A stretch of DNA of 64,000 nt from Thermoplasmata archaeon (GTDB lineage Archaea; Thermoplasmatota; Thermoplasmata; GCA-020350865), in assembly GCA_020348445.1 (NCBI GenBank), contig CP070751.1:516594-580593 (forward strand). Direction: 5' to 3'. The position numbers were made by a program, and so were the translations under genes. Positions 35,403 to 44,376 of the stretch are shown in pieces (position 1 is the stretch's first letter; each line of letters opens with the position of its first letter). Below the pieces are notes generated by a model. The model was not told where the DNA came from. It did no database searches and saw only the letters and a program-made list of their open reading frames with translations.

Positions 35403-36779
35403 TTGAAGAATGTAAACGATATTCCTAAGGGCCTTGTTAAAAAACTAAAGATCGCCCGGGAAATTGTGCTCAATGAAAAAGACACCATAAGATTAATTTC
35501 GCATTATGATGCAGATGGAATCTGTGCAGCTGGTATTCTTTGTCACACACTCCTTCGCCAGGGCCTCAAATTCCATGTCACCTTGACACGAAGTTTGAAG
35601 GATGAATTCGTGGATATTCTGAAGAAAGAGGATTATCCTGTCACAATATTTTGTGATATGGGAAGTGGACATTTGGATGCTCTTAAAGAATTTAAGAATA
35701 AGGTCATCATTTTGGACCACCACACCGCGCAAAGCAACTCCGATGAGCCATTATTGATCAATCCTCATTTTTATGGAATGGATGGCACATACGACATCTG
35801 TGGCTCTAGCCTTGCCTTCATGTTCGCATGCGTAATAAACGAAAAAAACTGGGATTTATCAGCATTGGCCTTGGCAGGAATAATCGGTGATAAACAGCAT
35901 TTAGACGGCCTATCTGGCTACAATGCCCATCTGTTTGAGATGGCCAAGGATAAAGGTATCGTGGATGAGAGGAAAATGTTGAAGTTCAGTTCCAATTTGG
36001 TGAAAAACGCACTGCTTGAGGATCTGGACCCATTTATTAAGGGAATGACAGGAAGGGAAGATAGGATCTTGGAATTTATAAGAAATATGAAACTCGATTC
36101 TGATATTAAATTCGAGGATCTGGATGAAGAGCAGATGCGGTTATTATTAAGTGCTATTATCATCAGGCTTCTTGCCCAAAAGGTTCGGCCGGAGATTGCA
36201 GAGGGCGTCATTACAAAGAAATACTGGATTTGGAAAATGAACCTTTATGCAAGTGATCTTTCTAACTTTATCAATTCCTGCGGTCGCATGGATAATATGG
36301 GTACTGGGTTGGCATTATGCCTTGGAGAGGAAATGGCACTAAAGAAGGCAATCAAGCTGAGGGCAACTTACAAAGACGAGCTGAGATTTGGGCTTTTAAA
36401 GCTGGAGGAAGAAGGTGCCCATGATATGCAGAACATACAGTTCTTCTACAATGATAACTCTTCGCTTGCTGGTGCCTATGCAGGTTTGGGTATGATGTAT
36501 CTTTTTAATTCCGAAAAACCCACGTTCGCCCTTTCTGTTGAGGAAGAAAAAACAAAAGTTTCGTGTAGAGGGACCAAATATCTCGTATCAAAAGGACTTG
36601 ACTTGGCAAGAGCCTGTAGAGATTCTGCAAATGAGGTGGGGGGAAGGGGAGGGGGGCATCCTGTGGCCTCAGGCGCCACGATACCCAAAGGAAAGGAGGA
36701 GGCGTTTTTAAAACATGTTGATGAAATTGTAGGGAAACAGCTTCAAGGTGCAGATGATACACCGGGAAATTCAGTTTAA
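35403..36779 (+). CDS. DHH/DHHA1 phosphoesterase (archaeal RecJ-like family usually next to rps15)
   Basis: SHYDADGI, CDMGSG, LDHH, IIGDKQ and GGGHPVASG motifs. Confidence 0.9.
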   Translation: MKNVNDIPKGLVKKLKIAREIVLNEKDTIRLISHYDADGICAAGILCHTLLRQGLKFHVTLTRSLKDEFVDILKKEDYPVTIFCDMGSGHLDALKEFKNKVIILDHHTAQSNSDEPLLINPHFYGMDGTYDICGSSLAFMFACVINEKNWDLSALALAGIIGDKQHLDGLSGYNAHLFEMAKDKGIVDERKMLKFSSNLVKNALLEDLDPFIKGMTGREDRILEFIRNMKLDSDIKFEDLDEEQMRLLLSAIIIRLLAQKVRPEIAEGVITKKYWIWKMNLYASDLSNFINSCGRMDNMGTGLALCLGEEMALKKAIKLRATYKDELRFGLLKLEEEGAHDMQNIQFFYNDNSSLAGAYAGLGMMYLFNSEKPTFALSVEEEKTKVSCRGTKYLVSKGLDLARACRDSANEVGGRGGGHPVASGATIPKGKEEAFLKHVDEIVGKQLQGADDTPGNSV

Positions 36780-36836
36780 ATGCAATAATATATATATGAC
36801 ATAATATTTTTATAATACCCAGGATCGTGATATTGT

Positions 36837-37661
36837 TTGTTAAAACAACCTGTGGATGAAAACATCTTTGAATATATTTTCAGCCGTTGGGATGTTAAAA
36901 TCAAAATAGAGGACGAGGCAAGGGAATACAAAAACAGGATTTTAACGAGTCAGTACGGATTCGAAGATGGACCAATTGCTAAAAGAAAAAAGGAACTGGA
37001 TAATCCAGAAGAAAATACGATATTTATTAAGGACCTAGCCCTGGATTTAGGTGCTGATTTGGTTGGGATCTCCAAGGTCAGGCGGGAGTACTTCTTCAAA
37101 GGCAGTGAGCTTGATCACAGGTTCGCAATATCCTTGGCCATGGAGATGGACTATGATAAAATCCAGGATTCGCCTGGTCCTCCATCCGCTACCGAAGTTA
37201 TCAAAATATATTGCCTGCTTGGGGAAATTACTATAAAACTTGCATCAAAAATCAGGGAAATAGGTTACCCTGCTTTTGCCCATCATCCCAGGGCGAGCAG
37301 GAGGATTCACGCGCGAATTCTACATATTCCAACTGCAATCGAGTCAGGTCTTGGAGAGCTTGGGAGGCTGGGTCTTTTAATAACACCTCAATATGGACCA
37401 AGGGTCAGGCTGGGCACAGTAACCACGAACCTTCCATTGATCCCTGATGAGCCCCTTAACTTCGGCGCATCCGAGTACTGTGAAAAATGCGATATCTGTG
37501 TTCGAGAATGCGAGGGGGATGCCGTCCCCAAGAAGAAATCCAATGTCCGGGGATTTAAAAAGTACAGGGTGGATCCCTATAAATGCGGGCCGTACTTTGC
37601 TGAATACGATGGCTGCTCTGTTTGCTTGAAGGTGTGTGCACTCAATAAACGGCCAGAGTGA
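36837..37661 (+). CDS. Cobalamin/2x[4Fe-4S] reductive dehalogenase-like (RdhA/QueG superfamily) protein
   Basis: DLGADLVGI, GLGELGRLGLLITPQYGPRVRLGTVTTNLPL, CEKCDICVREC and CGPYFAEYDGCSVCLKVC motifs; no Tat signal. Confidence 0.8.
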   Translation: MLKQPVDENIFEYIFSRWDVKIKIEDEAREYKNRILTSQYGFEDGPIAKRKKELDNPEENTIFIKDLALDLGADLVGISKVRREYFFKGSELDHRFAISLAMEMDYDKIQDSPGPPSATEVIKIYCLLGEITIKLASKIREIGYPAFAHHPRASRRIHARILHIPTAIESGLGELGRLGLLITPQYGPRVRLGTVTTNLPLIPDEPLNFGASEYCEKCDICVRECEGDAVPKKKSNVRGFKKYRVDPYKCGPYFAEYDGCSVCLKVCALNKRPE

Positions 37662-37696
37662 CAGAAATTGGTATTTTTGGGATTTATACTGTTATT

Positions 37697-40600
37697 TTAC
37701 CCTTCATCCCACTCAACAACCACGATCCCGATTACCGCCTTCTCGCCAGCCAGTTCCTTCTCCACAACGTAATAACCTGAATCCCCTCCCTCGAAAATAT
37801 TGTCGAATGGAAACTCCACAGAATATGAGCGAGTTTTTGATGTGATGAGTTCCTTTTGGCCTTCAAGAATCTCGGCAGTTTTATCTGGAACAAAGATCTG
37901 AGTTTCTATGTAGTCTTCCTCTTTGATCTTCAATTCCTTTCTCATGTCATTTATGTACCCGATAAGCTCATCAACGATCCCTTCAGATTTCATCTCCTCT
38001 GTCAATTCTTTATCGATGTAAATCTTTCCCTTTTCGAACTCCTTTTCCACCACATTTTCAGGTGTGCTCAGCTTGAATTCCAACATAGCGTTTGTGATTT
38101 TTACAGGATAACCCTCTACACCAAGGGTGTATTCCCCTTCCTTTTCTAGGCTCTCTTTGATCTTCCATGGTGATTGATATCGAAGGAGAGTCATCACCTT
38201 GCTGGCCTGCTGCTTGTAGGCACGAAATATTACCTCTTTTTTTGGAATCAATTCCAAATTTAGACCCTGCCATTCCGTACCCGGCTTTAAGAGCTCCAAA
38301 TTCTTTGCCTTCACCTTTCTAATAATTGGGATCTCAAACTTTGTTACAGCGTCTCTTACCTCATCTTCCGAGGATTTTATCACTACATTCTTTATTGGAT
38401 CTGTTTCATTTAATCCAGATTCATTTCGCATACCTAAAATAACCTCGATAACCCCGTCTACTATTTTCAGATAGTGCTCTAGGCTGTCACCGATATCCCT
38501 TATAATATGCTCATCAACATCACTTAATAACGCATGTTTGAGCTCTTCCATTCCCTCCTTTTTTGTCCGGTATTCTGCACTGGTTTCCTCTGCTTCGCGG
38601 CTCATCTTTTCCAGGTAGTTCCACGCGTTTTCAAATCCCTCCTTTTCTATGATTTCGATGAGCTTATTGGTAAAGGTCTCAGGGCCCACGATGTCAACAC
38701 CCTCCTCGCTTGCAGCTTGGATCAGTCTGATCGTCGAGGCCACGGTTCCTGATTCAAATCCCTCAACCTCTGCTCCCTTTTCATCCGTGACCTTCATTAA
38801 CTTTTCTATTAGTTCTTCTAAACCTCCCAGTTTATCATAAGTACCATCCCAGTCTCCGAGTACAGAACCGTACTTCTGCTCCACTTCATTTACAACTTCT
38901 AACATGTATAGCGGCAGATATTTGGGTTCTCCCCCTATAAGGACGGCAACCAGGTAGGTATATCGACCATGCTCAATCATCAACTTGCTCGGTCCAAAAT
39001 CCATTCTTTTAAGACCCACATCCTCCATTCTCTTAAACGAATCCTTAACAAAATCCTGAATCGCTGTCAACATCCCACTGAACACATCACTGTCCACATC
39101 CGTCTGCAATCTTCTGGTAACCTGAGTTACCAAAATCCCGCTATTATGTATGAGAAATACATTTTCTATTGAGTATGTCCCGCTCTCATCAATTTCAATT
39201 TTCTTTCCCAGGGTAAGCTGATAGATGGTATCATCAAAGGCTCTTTGGTATGTAAGGAGGACATCTGTATCGAGATCTCCGGATTCTTTAGGTTTCAATC
39301 CTATTTCTATCTGCTTCTTCTCACCTGCATCGAGTTTTTCTAATCTGTCAAGCCCCTTAACTTCCACCTCCCCCTGAAAGCTGATATCCACATTTTTAGC
39401 TGCAAGGTCTCCTGTGTTGTCTATCTCGATTACACATTTGTTCCAATAATCAGCCTCCATGCCGCCCTTTGGAAGTTTCAAAGTAAACTTTGGGAATTTA
39501 CCTTGTATATACTCTTCTACATTGCTTGAGGTTATACCTCTTGCTTTTTCTATCAATTCCTTTGCCTCATGAAAGTGATCAATATTCAGCTCATTTTCGG
39601 CCTCAACCAAAAGATCATATGCCTCCTGAACATCAACCTTCATTTCCTTTATCTCGGCCAAAGTCTCCTTTACAGTTTCAAGTTCCACTTTTATATCGTG
39701 TTTTATCCTCAGGTCCTCGGCAAGTTTTTCTGCCTCATCAACATGTTCCTTTGCAGATTCGAATTTATTGGTTTTAAATTCCTTGTCTGCGAGAGCCAAA
39801 ATTGCCTCTGGTTTTTCGACATCAATTCCCATTTCCTTAAATTGTGATATAAGGACCATTGCGTTTTTGATCCTTCTCCATATTATGTCTGTCTTTTGCT
39901 TTAATTTCACTTCCTCAAGTTTCTTTTGGAATTTATCCTGAAAATTATCGATTTCTTCGAAGTTACCAGCATCTATGGCGCGTTCGGCCTCTTCAATTAG
40001 GGCCAAGAATTCATCCTCACTCATTCCCCCTTCCTTTGCAACCGACATAAGATCCCTCATAGCAGAAATCTTTGTCCTGGCGGTGTCGGTGCTTATCTCT
40101 TTTTCCACCTCTTTTCCTTTATTTTGAAGGTAGGACCATGCTCGTTCGAATCCCCCTTCTTCAATGTTCTCGAGAAACTCATTTATAAATGCTTCCTGTC
40201 CGCTCTCCAATACACCCTTTTCCTCAGCTTCCTCGATTTGCCTGATTGTGGAAGCTACCAATCCTGATTCAAATCCTACAATATCTGCACCTTTCTCGTC
40301 AGTGACCTGCAACAGCTTCTTAATGTAAATTTCTATTCCTTCGAGTTGGGAAAGATCACCACGCCATCCTTCAAGAATAGCGCCGTACTCCTCCTCCAAT
40401 TCCTTTATCACCTCAACCATATACAATGGAAGGTATCTTGGCTCACCGCCTGCAAGTATAGCAGTAAGAAAGATGTCGTGACCGTGCTCAATCAATATCT
40501 TGTTTCCGCCAAAGTCCATTCTCTTAAGTCCCACATCATCTGTTCTCTGAAAGGAATCCTTTATGAAGTCCTGAACAGCCGTGAACATACCGCTGAATAT

Positions 40601-43600
40601 GTCTCTGTCAAGTTCTGTTTCCATTTTTCTGCTAGCTTGGCTGATAAGGATACCACTGTTGTGTATCAGCAGAACCTCTTCTATCATGTAAGTGCCACTA
40701 GCGTCAGCTATGATATTCTTCCCGATATTTAGCTGATAGATGGTATCATCAAAAGCCCTTTGATAGGCCAAAACAACATTCATATCCAATTTTCCGGCTT
40801 CTTTTGGTTTTATACCGATGTCCACCTGCCATGTCTCTCCAATTTCGATTTTTTCAATTCTTTCTATGCCTTTAACCTCCAAATTTCCGCTGATGCTTAT
40901 GTTCACATTCTTTGCATAAAGTTCCCCTATATTTGAAATCTCTATTTGACATTTGTTCCATACATCGGCCTCCATTCCCCCCTCCGGTATATCTAATGTG
41001 AACTTTGGATATTTCCCTTCGATAAAATCCTCAATATTATTTGAAATGATGTTCCTCGCCTTTTTAATCAATTCCCTTGCTTTTTCCAAGTTGAACACTA
41101 TTATCTCATTCTCTGCTTCAATCAAAATAACATCCGATTCACCAACATCAACACCCAACTCCCTGATCTCATCTTGGGTCTTGCGTACAGAATTTAGCTC
41201 GATTTCTACATCATGCTTTCGCCGCATTTCATCGGCAATCTGTTCAGCTTCATCCACGAGCTCCTCTGCTTTTTCGTATTCACCTGCCTTAAACTTTAAA
41301 TCGGCCATGGCCAAAAGCTCCTCTGGCTTTCCCACATCAACTCCCATATCCTTAAACTGAGAAATCAGAACCAAGGCGTTATTTATCCGCCTTTCGATGA
41401 TATCTGTCCTTTGTTTAAATTTAGCTTCTTCCATTTTTTTCTCGAATGTATCCTTGTATTCATCGATAACGTCAAAATTTTCAGAGGCAAGGGCTGACTC
41501 GGCCTCGCTAACTATAGAGAGGGTTTCTTCGGTGCTTATACCCCATTCCTTTGCAGAGGATAAAAGGTCTCTCATAGCCGATATCTTTTCTTTGGCCTTC
41601 TCGGTATTTATTTCCTTAGTTACATATTCTCCTTTATCTTCAATATAGTTCCAGGCATGTTCAAATCCCATATTTTGCATGGTTTCTATGAACTCTTCTA
41701 CAAAGGCTTCCTGCCCCCCCTTGAGAATACCATCAGCTTCAGCAGCCTCAATGAGTCTTATTGTCTCAGCAACCTTACCAGATTCGAATCCAGCTACATC
41801 AGCACCTTTTTCATCTGTTACATGCAGAAGTCTTGCAATAATTTCGTCAACACCATCCACCTCTGAATGGTCCCCCCGCCATTTTTCAAGAACAGGACCG
41901 TATTTCTCTTGCACCTCCCTTAGAATCTCCACCATGAACAGCGGTAAAAATCTCGGTTCACCTCCAATAGTTATGGCTGTAAGAAAAATATTATTCCCGT
42001 GCTCTAGTAATATCTTATTTGCCCCGAAATCCATCCTTTTTAGCCCCACATCAGCGGTTTTTTGAAAAGAATCCCTGATAAAATCCTGAACAGCCGTGAA
42101 CATCCCGCTAAATATATCTCTGTCAATATCCATCTCCATTTTTCTGCTGGCTTGGGAAATGAGGATGCCGCTTCTGTGTATCAAAAGTACCTCTTCGATA
42201 AGGTAGGTTCCGCTGGTGTCAGCCATGATCTTCATCGCCATATCGAGCTGGAAAACGGTTTCATCAAAGGCTCTTTGATATTTGAAGAGAACATCCATAT
42301 CGAGTTTTCCAGACTCCTTTGGTTTTACCCCGATTTCCATACGTTTTTTCTCACCTGCTCCCAGCTTTTCGATTCTGGAAAGCCCCTTTACATCCATGTC
42401 ACCCTTGAAAATCATATCAACATTTTTAGCCCCTATATCACCTGTGTTAGCTATCTCGATTGTACATTTATTCCATGTATCTGCCTCTATACCGGTTTCA
42501 GGGAGTTTTACCAAAAACTTGGGGGATTTGCCCTCGATGAAGTCCTGAATTCTGTTTGAACTGATGCTTTTTGCTTTTTGAATCAATTCTGTTGCCTGGT
42601 TAACATTGTTGGCCCCAATTTCAATCTCAGCTTGGGTCAATAGAGAATTTGCCTCTTCAATATCGACACCTGAATCCCTTGCTTCAGTTATTATGTTTTT
42701 AATGGACTCAAGTTCATGTTCTGTGTCGTGTTTCTGATGATGCTCTTTTGCTGTTTTTTGGGCATTATCCGCGTGCTCATCGGCTTTTTCGAAATTATGT
42801 GCGGACAATTCTTGATCTGCAAGCATCAGAAGTTCCTCGGCCCTTTCGACTTTTATCTTCTGTTCTTTTAATTGGGCAATCATAGCTCGGACTTTCTCGA
42901 TTTTCTTACCGATTATATCGGTCCTGTGCATTACTTTGGCTTCATCCAGCTTATCCTCAAATGACTCCTTGTACTCCTCAATTATGTCGAAATCCTTGGC
43001 CTCGAATGCCTCCTCGGCCTTTTTTAGCAGGGTCATGAATTCTGGTCCCTCTATCCCCAATTCCTTTGCTGAAGTTAAAAGGTCCCTCATGGCAGTTATT
43101 CTTGCCCTAGCCATCTCCGCACTTATCTTTCTTTCAGCCTCACTGAAAATCATATCGATCTTCTCGAGATCCACGAGCTTTGCTTTGGAGAACAGATCGG
43201 ATGCAAGACTTCCTATGGGTATATTCAATGATTTGGCTATTGCATTTAACTCCGAGATTATCTGTTCTATTTCTGAATGGTCTATTTTCTCAGCTGCCAC
43301 CTTGGCCCTTTCAAAGAGCATTCTTAAATCAGTTGCATCAAGGCCTCTTGCCTCGGCCTTATGCATTATATGGTCTATGGTTGCTATCAAAACGTTTGCG
43401 GCTTTGCGTTCCATGGCCTTTTTAATCCTTCTTTTTATCTTCCTAATCAGGCTTCTGACCTCTGCATAATCTCGCATCTCCAGGGATGACTCCGCCTCTA
43501 CAAGCAGCTCCTCGATTTCCTCGGTCTGAACTCCCACGTGTTTTAAAGATTCTACTTCTGGTTTCAAACCCGCTATGAGTTCTTTAACCTTCATATGTTT

Positions 43601-44212
43601 TTGAAGTTTGGTTGCTGCGTTTTTTGCATTTCTTACCAATTGGCTGACAACACCGTAATCCTTTTTTTCCAGGGCGGCCCGAGCCTCATCTAGGAATTTT
43701 TCGGCCTCTGTTACATCAGCTCCCACCATTTTTGCGTTTGCGATATCGTTCTTACTATTTTCGATCATGAGATATGCCCTATGGTATCTCTTAGCCTCCT
43801 TGGCCTCACGCTTGGCAGATCTTATATGTTCACTAACATCACCGTACATCTTATTTTGAAGGGATTCCCTGGCCCTCTCAATAAAACTCTCGGCTGCGCT
43901 TGCATCGGCTCCGGCCCTTCTCGCATCATTTACCACAGGCAAGGCATGTTTGATAAGAAGATCAGCACGGTGATAGCGTTTTGCATCAGCAGCAGCGGTT
44001 TTAGCCTTTTTAACAGAGATCCTTACCTGTTTAATATTCAATTCAGAAAGAAAGGCCCTAGCCTCATCCAGGTACATCTTTGCCTCAGATAAATCTGCAC
44101 CTGTTTTCTCGGCCTCATTTATGTCGATTTCCGCACTTTTTACAAGTACTTCTGCGTCTTCAAGCTCTTTCGAGCTCACTTGGGGTCTTTCACCTGTATC
44201 TTCATCTGCCAC
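37697..44212 (-). CDS. Giant cytoplasmic repeat protein: N-terminal helical repeats + 3x(helical repeats, Ig-like, longin-like) + IleRS C-terminal-like region
   Basis: 2171 aa, GTG start with a GGAGG RBS, no signal peptide or TM helix. Three modules have an exact 505-aa period. C-terminal LTEEMKSEGIVDELIGYINDMRKELKIKEEDYI resembles the type-2 IleRS tail. Confidence 0.9.
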   Translation of the reverse strand: MADEDTGERPQVSSKELEDAEVLVKSAEIDINEAEKTGADLSEAKMYLDEARAFLSELNIKQVRISVKKAKTAAADAKRYHRADLLIKHALPVVNDARRAGADASAAESFIERARESLQNKMYGDVSEHIRSAKREAKEAKRYHRAYLMIENSKNDIANAKMVGADVTEAEKFLDEARAALEKKDYGVVSQLVRNAKNAATKLQKHMKVKELIAGLKPEVESLKHVGVQTEEIEELLVEAESSLEMRDYAEVRSLIRKIKRRIKKAMERKAANVLIATIDHIMHKAEARGLDATDLRMLFERAKVAAEKIDHSEIEQIISELNAIAKSLNIPIGSLASDLFSKAKLVDLEKIDMIFSEAERKISAEMARARITAMRDLLTSAKELGIEGPEFMTLLKKAEEAFEAKDFDIIEEYKESFEDKLDEAKVMHRTDIIGKKIEKVRAMIAQLKEQKIKVERAEELLMLADQELSAHNFEKADEHADNAQKTAKEHHQKHDTEHELESIKNIITEARDSGVDIEEANSLLTQAEIEIGANNVNQATELIQKAKSISSNRIQDFIEGKSPKFLVKLPETGIEADTWNKCTIEIANTGDIGAKNVDMIFKGDMDVKGLSRIEKLGAGEKKRMEIGVKPKESGKLDMDVLFKYQRAFDETVFQLDMAMKIMADTSGTYLIEEVLLIHRSGILISQASRKMEMDIDRDIFSGMFTAVQDFIRDSFQKTADVGLKRMDFGANKILLEHGNNIFLTAITIGGEPRFLPLFMVEILREVQEKYGPVLEKWRGDHSEVDGVDEIIARLLHVTDEKGADVAGFESGKVAETIRLIEAAEADGILKGGQEAFVEEFIETMQNMGFEHAWNYIEDKGEYVTKEINTEKAKEKISAMRDLLSSAKEWGISTEETLSIVSEAESALASENFDVIDEYKDTFEKKMEEAKFKQRTDIIERRINNALVLISQFKDMGVDVGKPEELLAMADLKFKAGEYEKAEELVDEAEQIADEMRRKHDVEIELNSVRKTQDEIRELGVDVGESDVILIEAENEIIVFNLEKARELIKKARNIISNNIEDFIEGKYPKFTLDIPEGGMEADVWNKCQIEISNIGELYAKNVNISISGNLEVKGIERIEKIEIGETWQVDIGIKPKEAGKLDMNVVLAYQRAFDDTIYQLNIGKNIIADASGTYMIEEVLLIHNSGILISQASRKMETELDRDIFSGMFTAVQDFIKDSFQRTDDVGLKRMDFGGNKILIEHGHDIFLTAILAGGEPRYLPLYMVEVIKELEEEYGAILEGWRGDLSQLEGIEIYIKKLLQVTDEKGADIVGFESGLVASTIRQIEEAEEKGVLESGQEAFINEFLENIEEGGFERAWSYLQNKGKEVEKEISTDTARTKISAMRDLMSVAKEGGMSEDEFLALIEEAERAIDAGNFEEIDNFQDKFQKKLEEVKLKQKTDIIWRRIKNAMVLISQFKEMGIDVEKPEAILALADKEFKTNKFESAKEHVDEAEKLAEDLRIKHDIKVELETVKETLAEIKEMKVDVQEAYDLLVEAENELNIDHFHEAKELIEKARGITSSNVEEYIQGKFPKFTLKLPKGGMEADYWNKCVIEIDNTGDLAAKNVDISFQGEVEVKGLDRLEKLDAGEKKQIEIGLKPKESGDLDTDVLLTYQRAFDDTIYQLTLGKKIEIDESGTYSIENVFLIHNSGILVTQVTRRLQTDVDSDVFSGMLTAIQDFVKDSFKRMEDVGLKRMDFGPSKLMIEHGRYTYLVAVLIGGEPKYLPLYMLEVVNEVEQKYGSVLGDWDGTYDKLGGLEELIEKLMKVTDEKGAEVEGFESGTVASTIRLIQAASEEGVDIVGPETFTNKLIEIIEKEGFENAWNYLEKMSREAEETSAEYRTKKEGMEELKHALLSDVDEHIIRDIGDSLEHYLKIVDGVIEVILGMRNESGLNETDPIKNVVIKSSEDEVRDAVTKFEIPIIRKVKAKNLELLKPGTEWQGLNLELIPKKEVIFRAYKQQASKVMTLLRYQSPWKIKESLEKEGEYTLGVEGYPVKITNAMLEFKLSTPENVVEKEFEKGKIYIDKELTEEMKSEGIVDELIGYINDMRKELKIKEEDYIETQIFVPDKTAEILEGQKELITSKTRSYSVEFPFDNIFEGGDSGYYVVEKELAGEKAVIGIVVVEWDEG
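38545..43110 (-). repeat. Three tandem intragenic repeats of 1515 nt (505 aa); boundaries approximate
   Basis: The ATG of AMRDL falls at 43090, 41575 and 40060 (spacing 1515, 1515). YQRAFD, GLKRMDFG, GGEP, VTDEKGA and GFESG are present in every copy. Confidence 0.95.
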
Positions 44213-44376
44213 TACTTTATCCTCCCCAGGTGTTGTGAATATCTATCTCCAACACTACCACTTAAATATATATTAATTATTAAATTTATCGACATTTTTA
44301 TCAAGTATTTAAGTATATCATATTAAAATCAAAAAAAAAAAAGCGGCCAGTGCCTCAAAATGAAGGAAAAGTGGAA

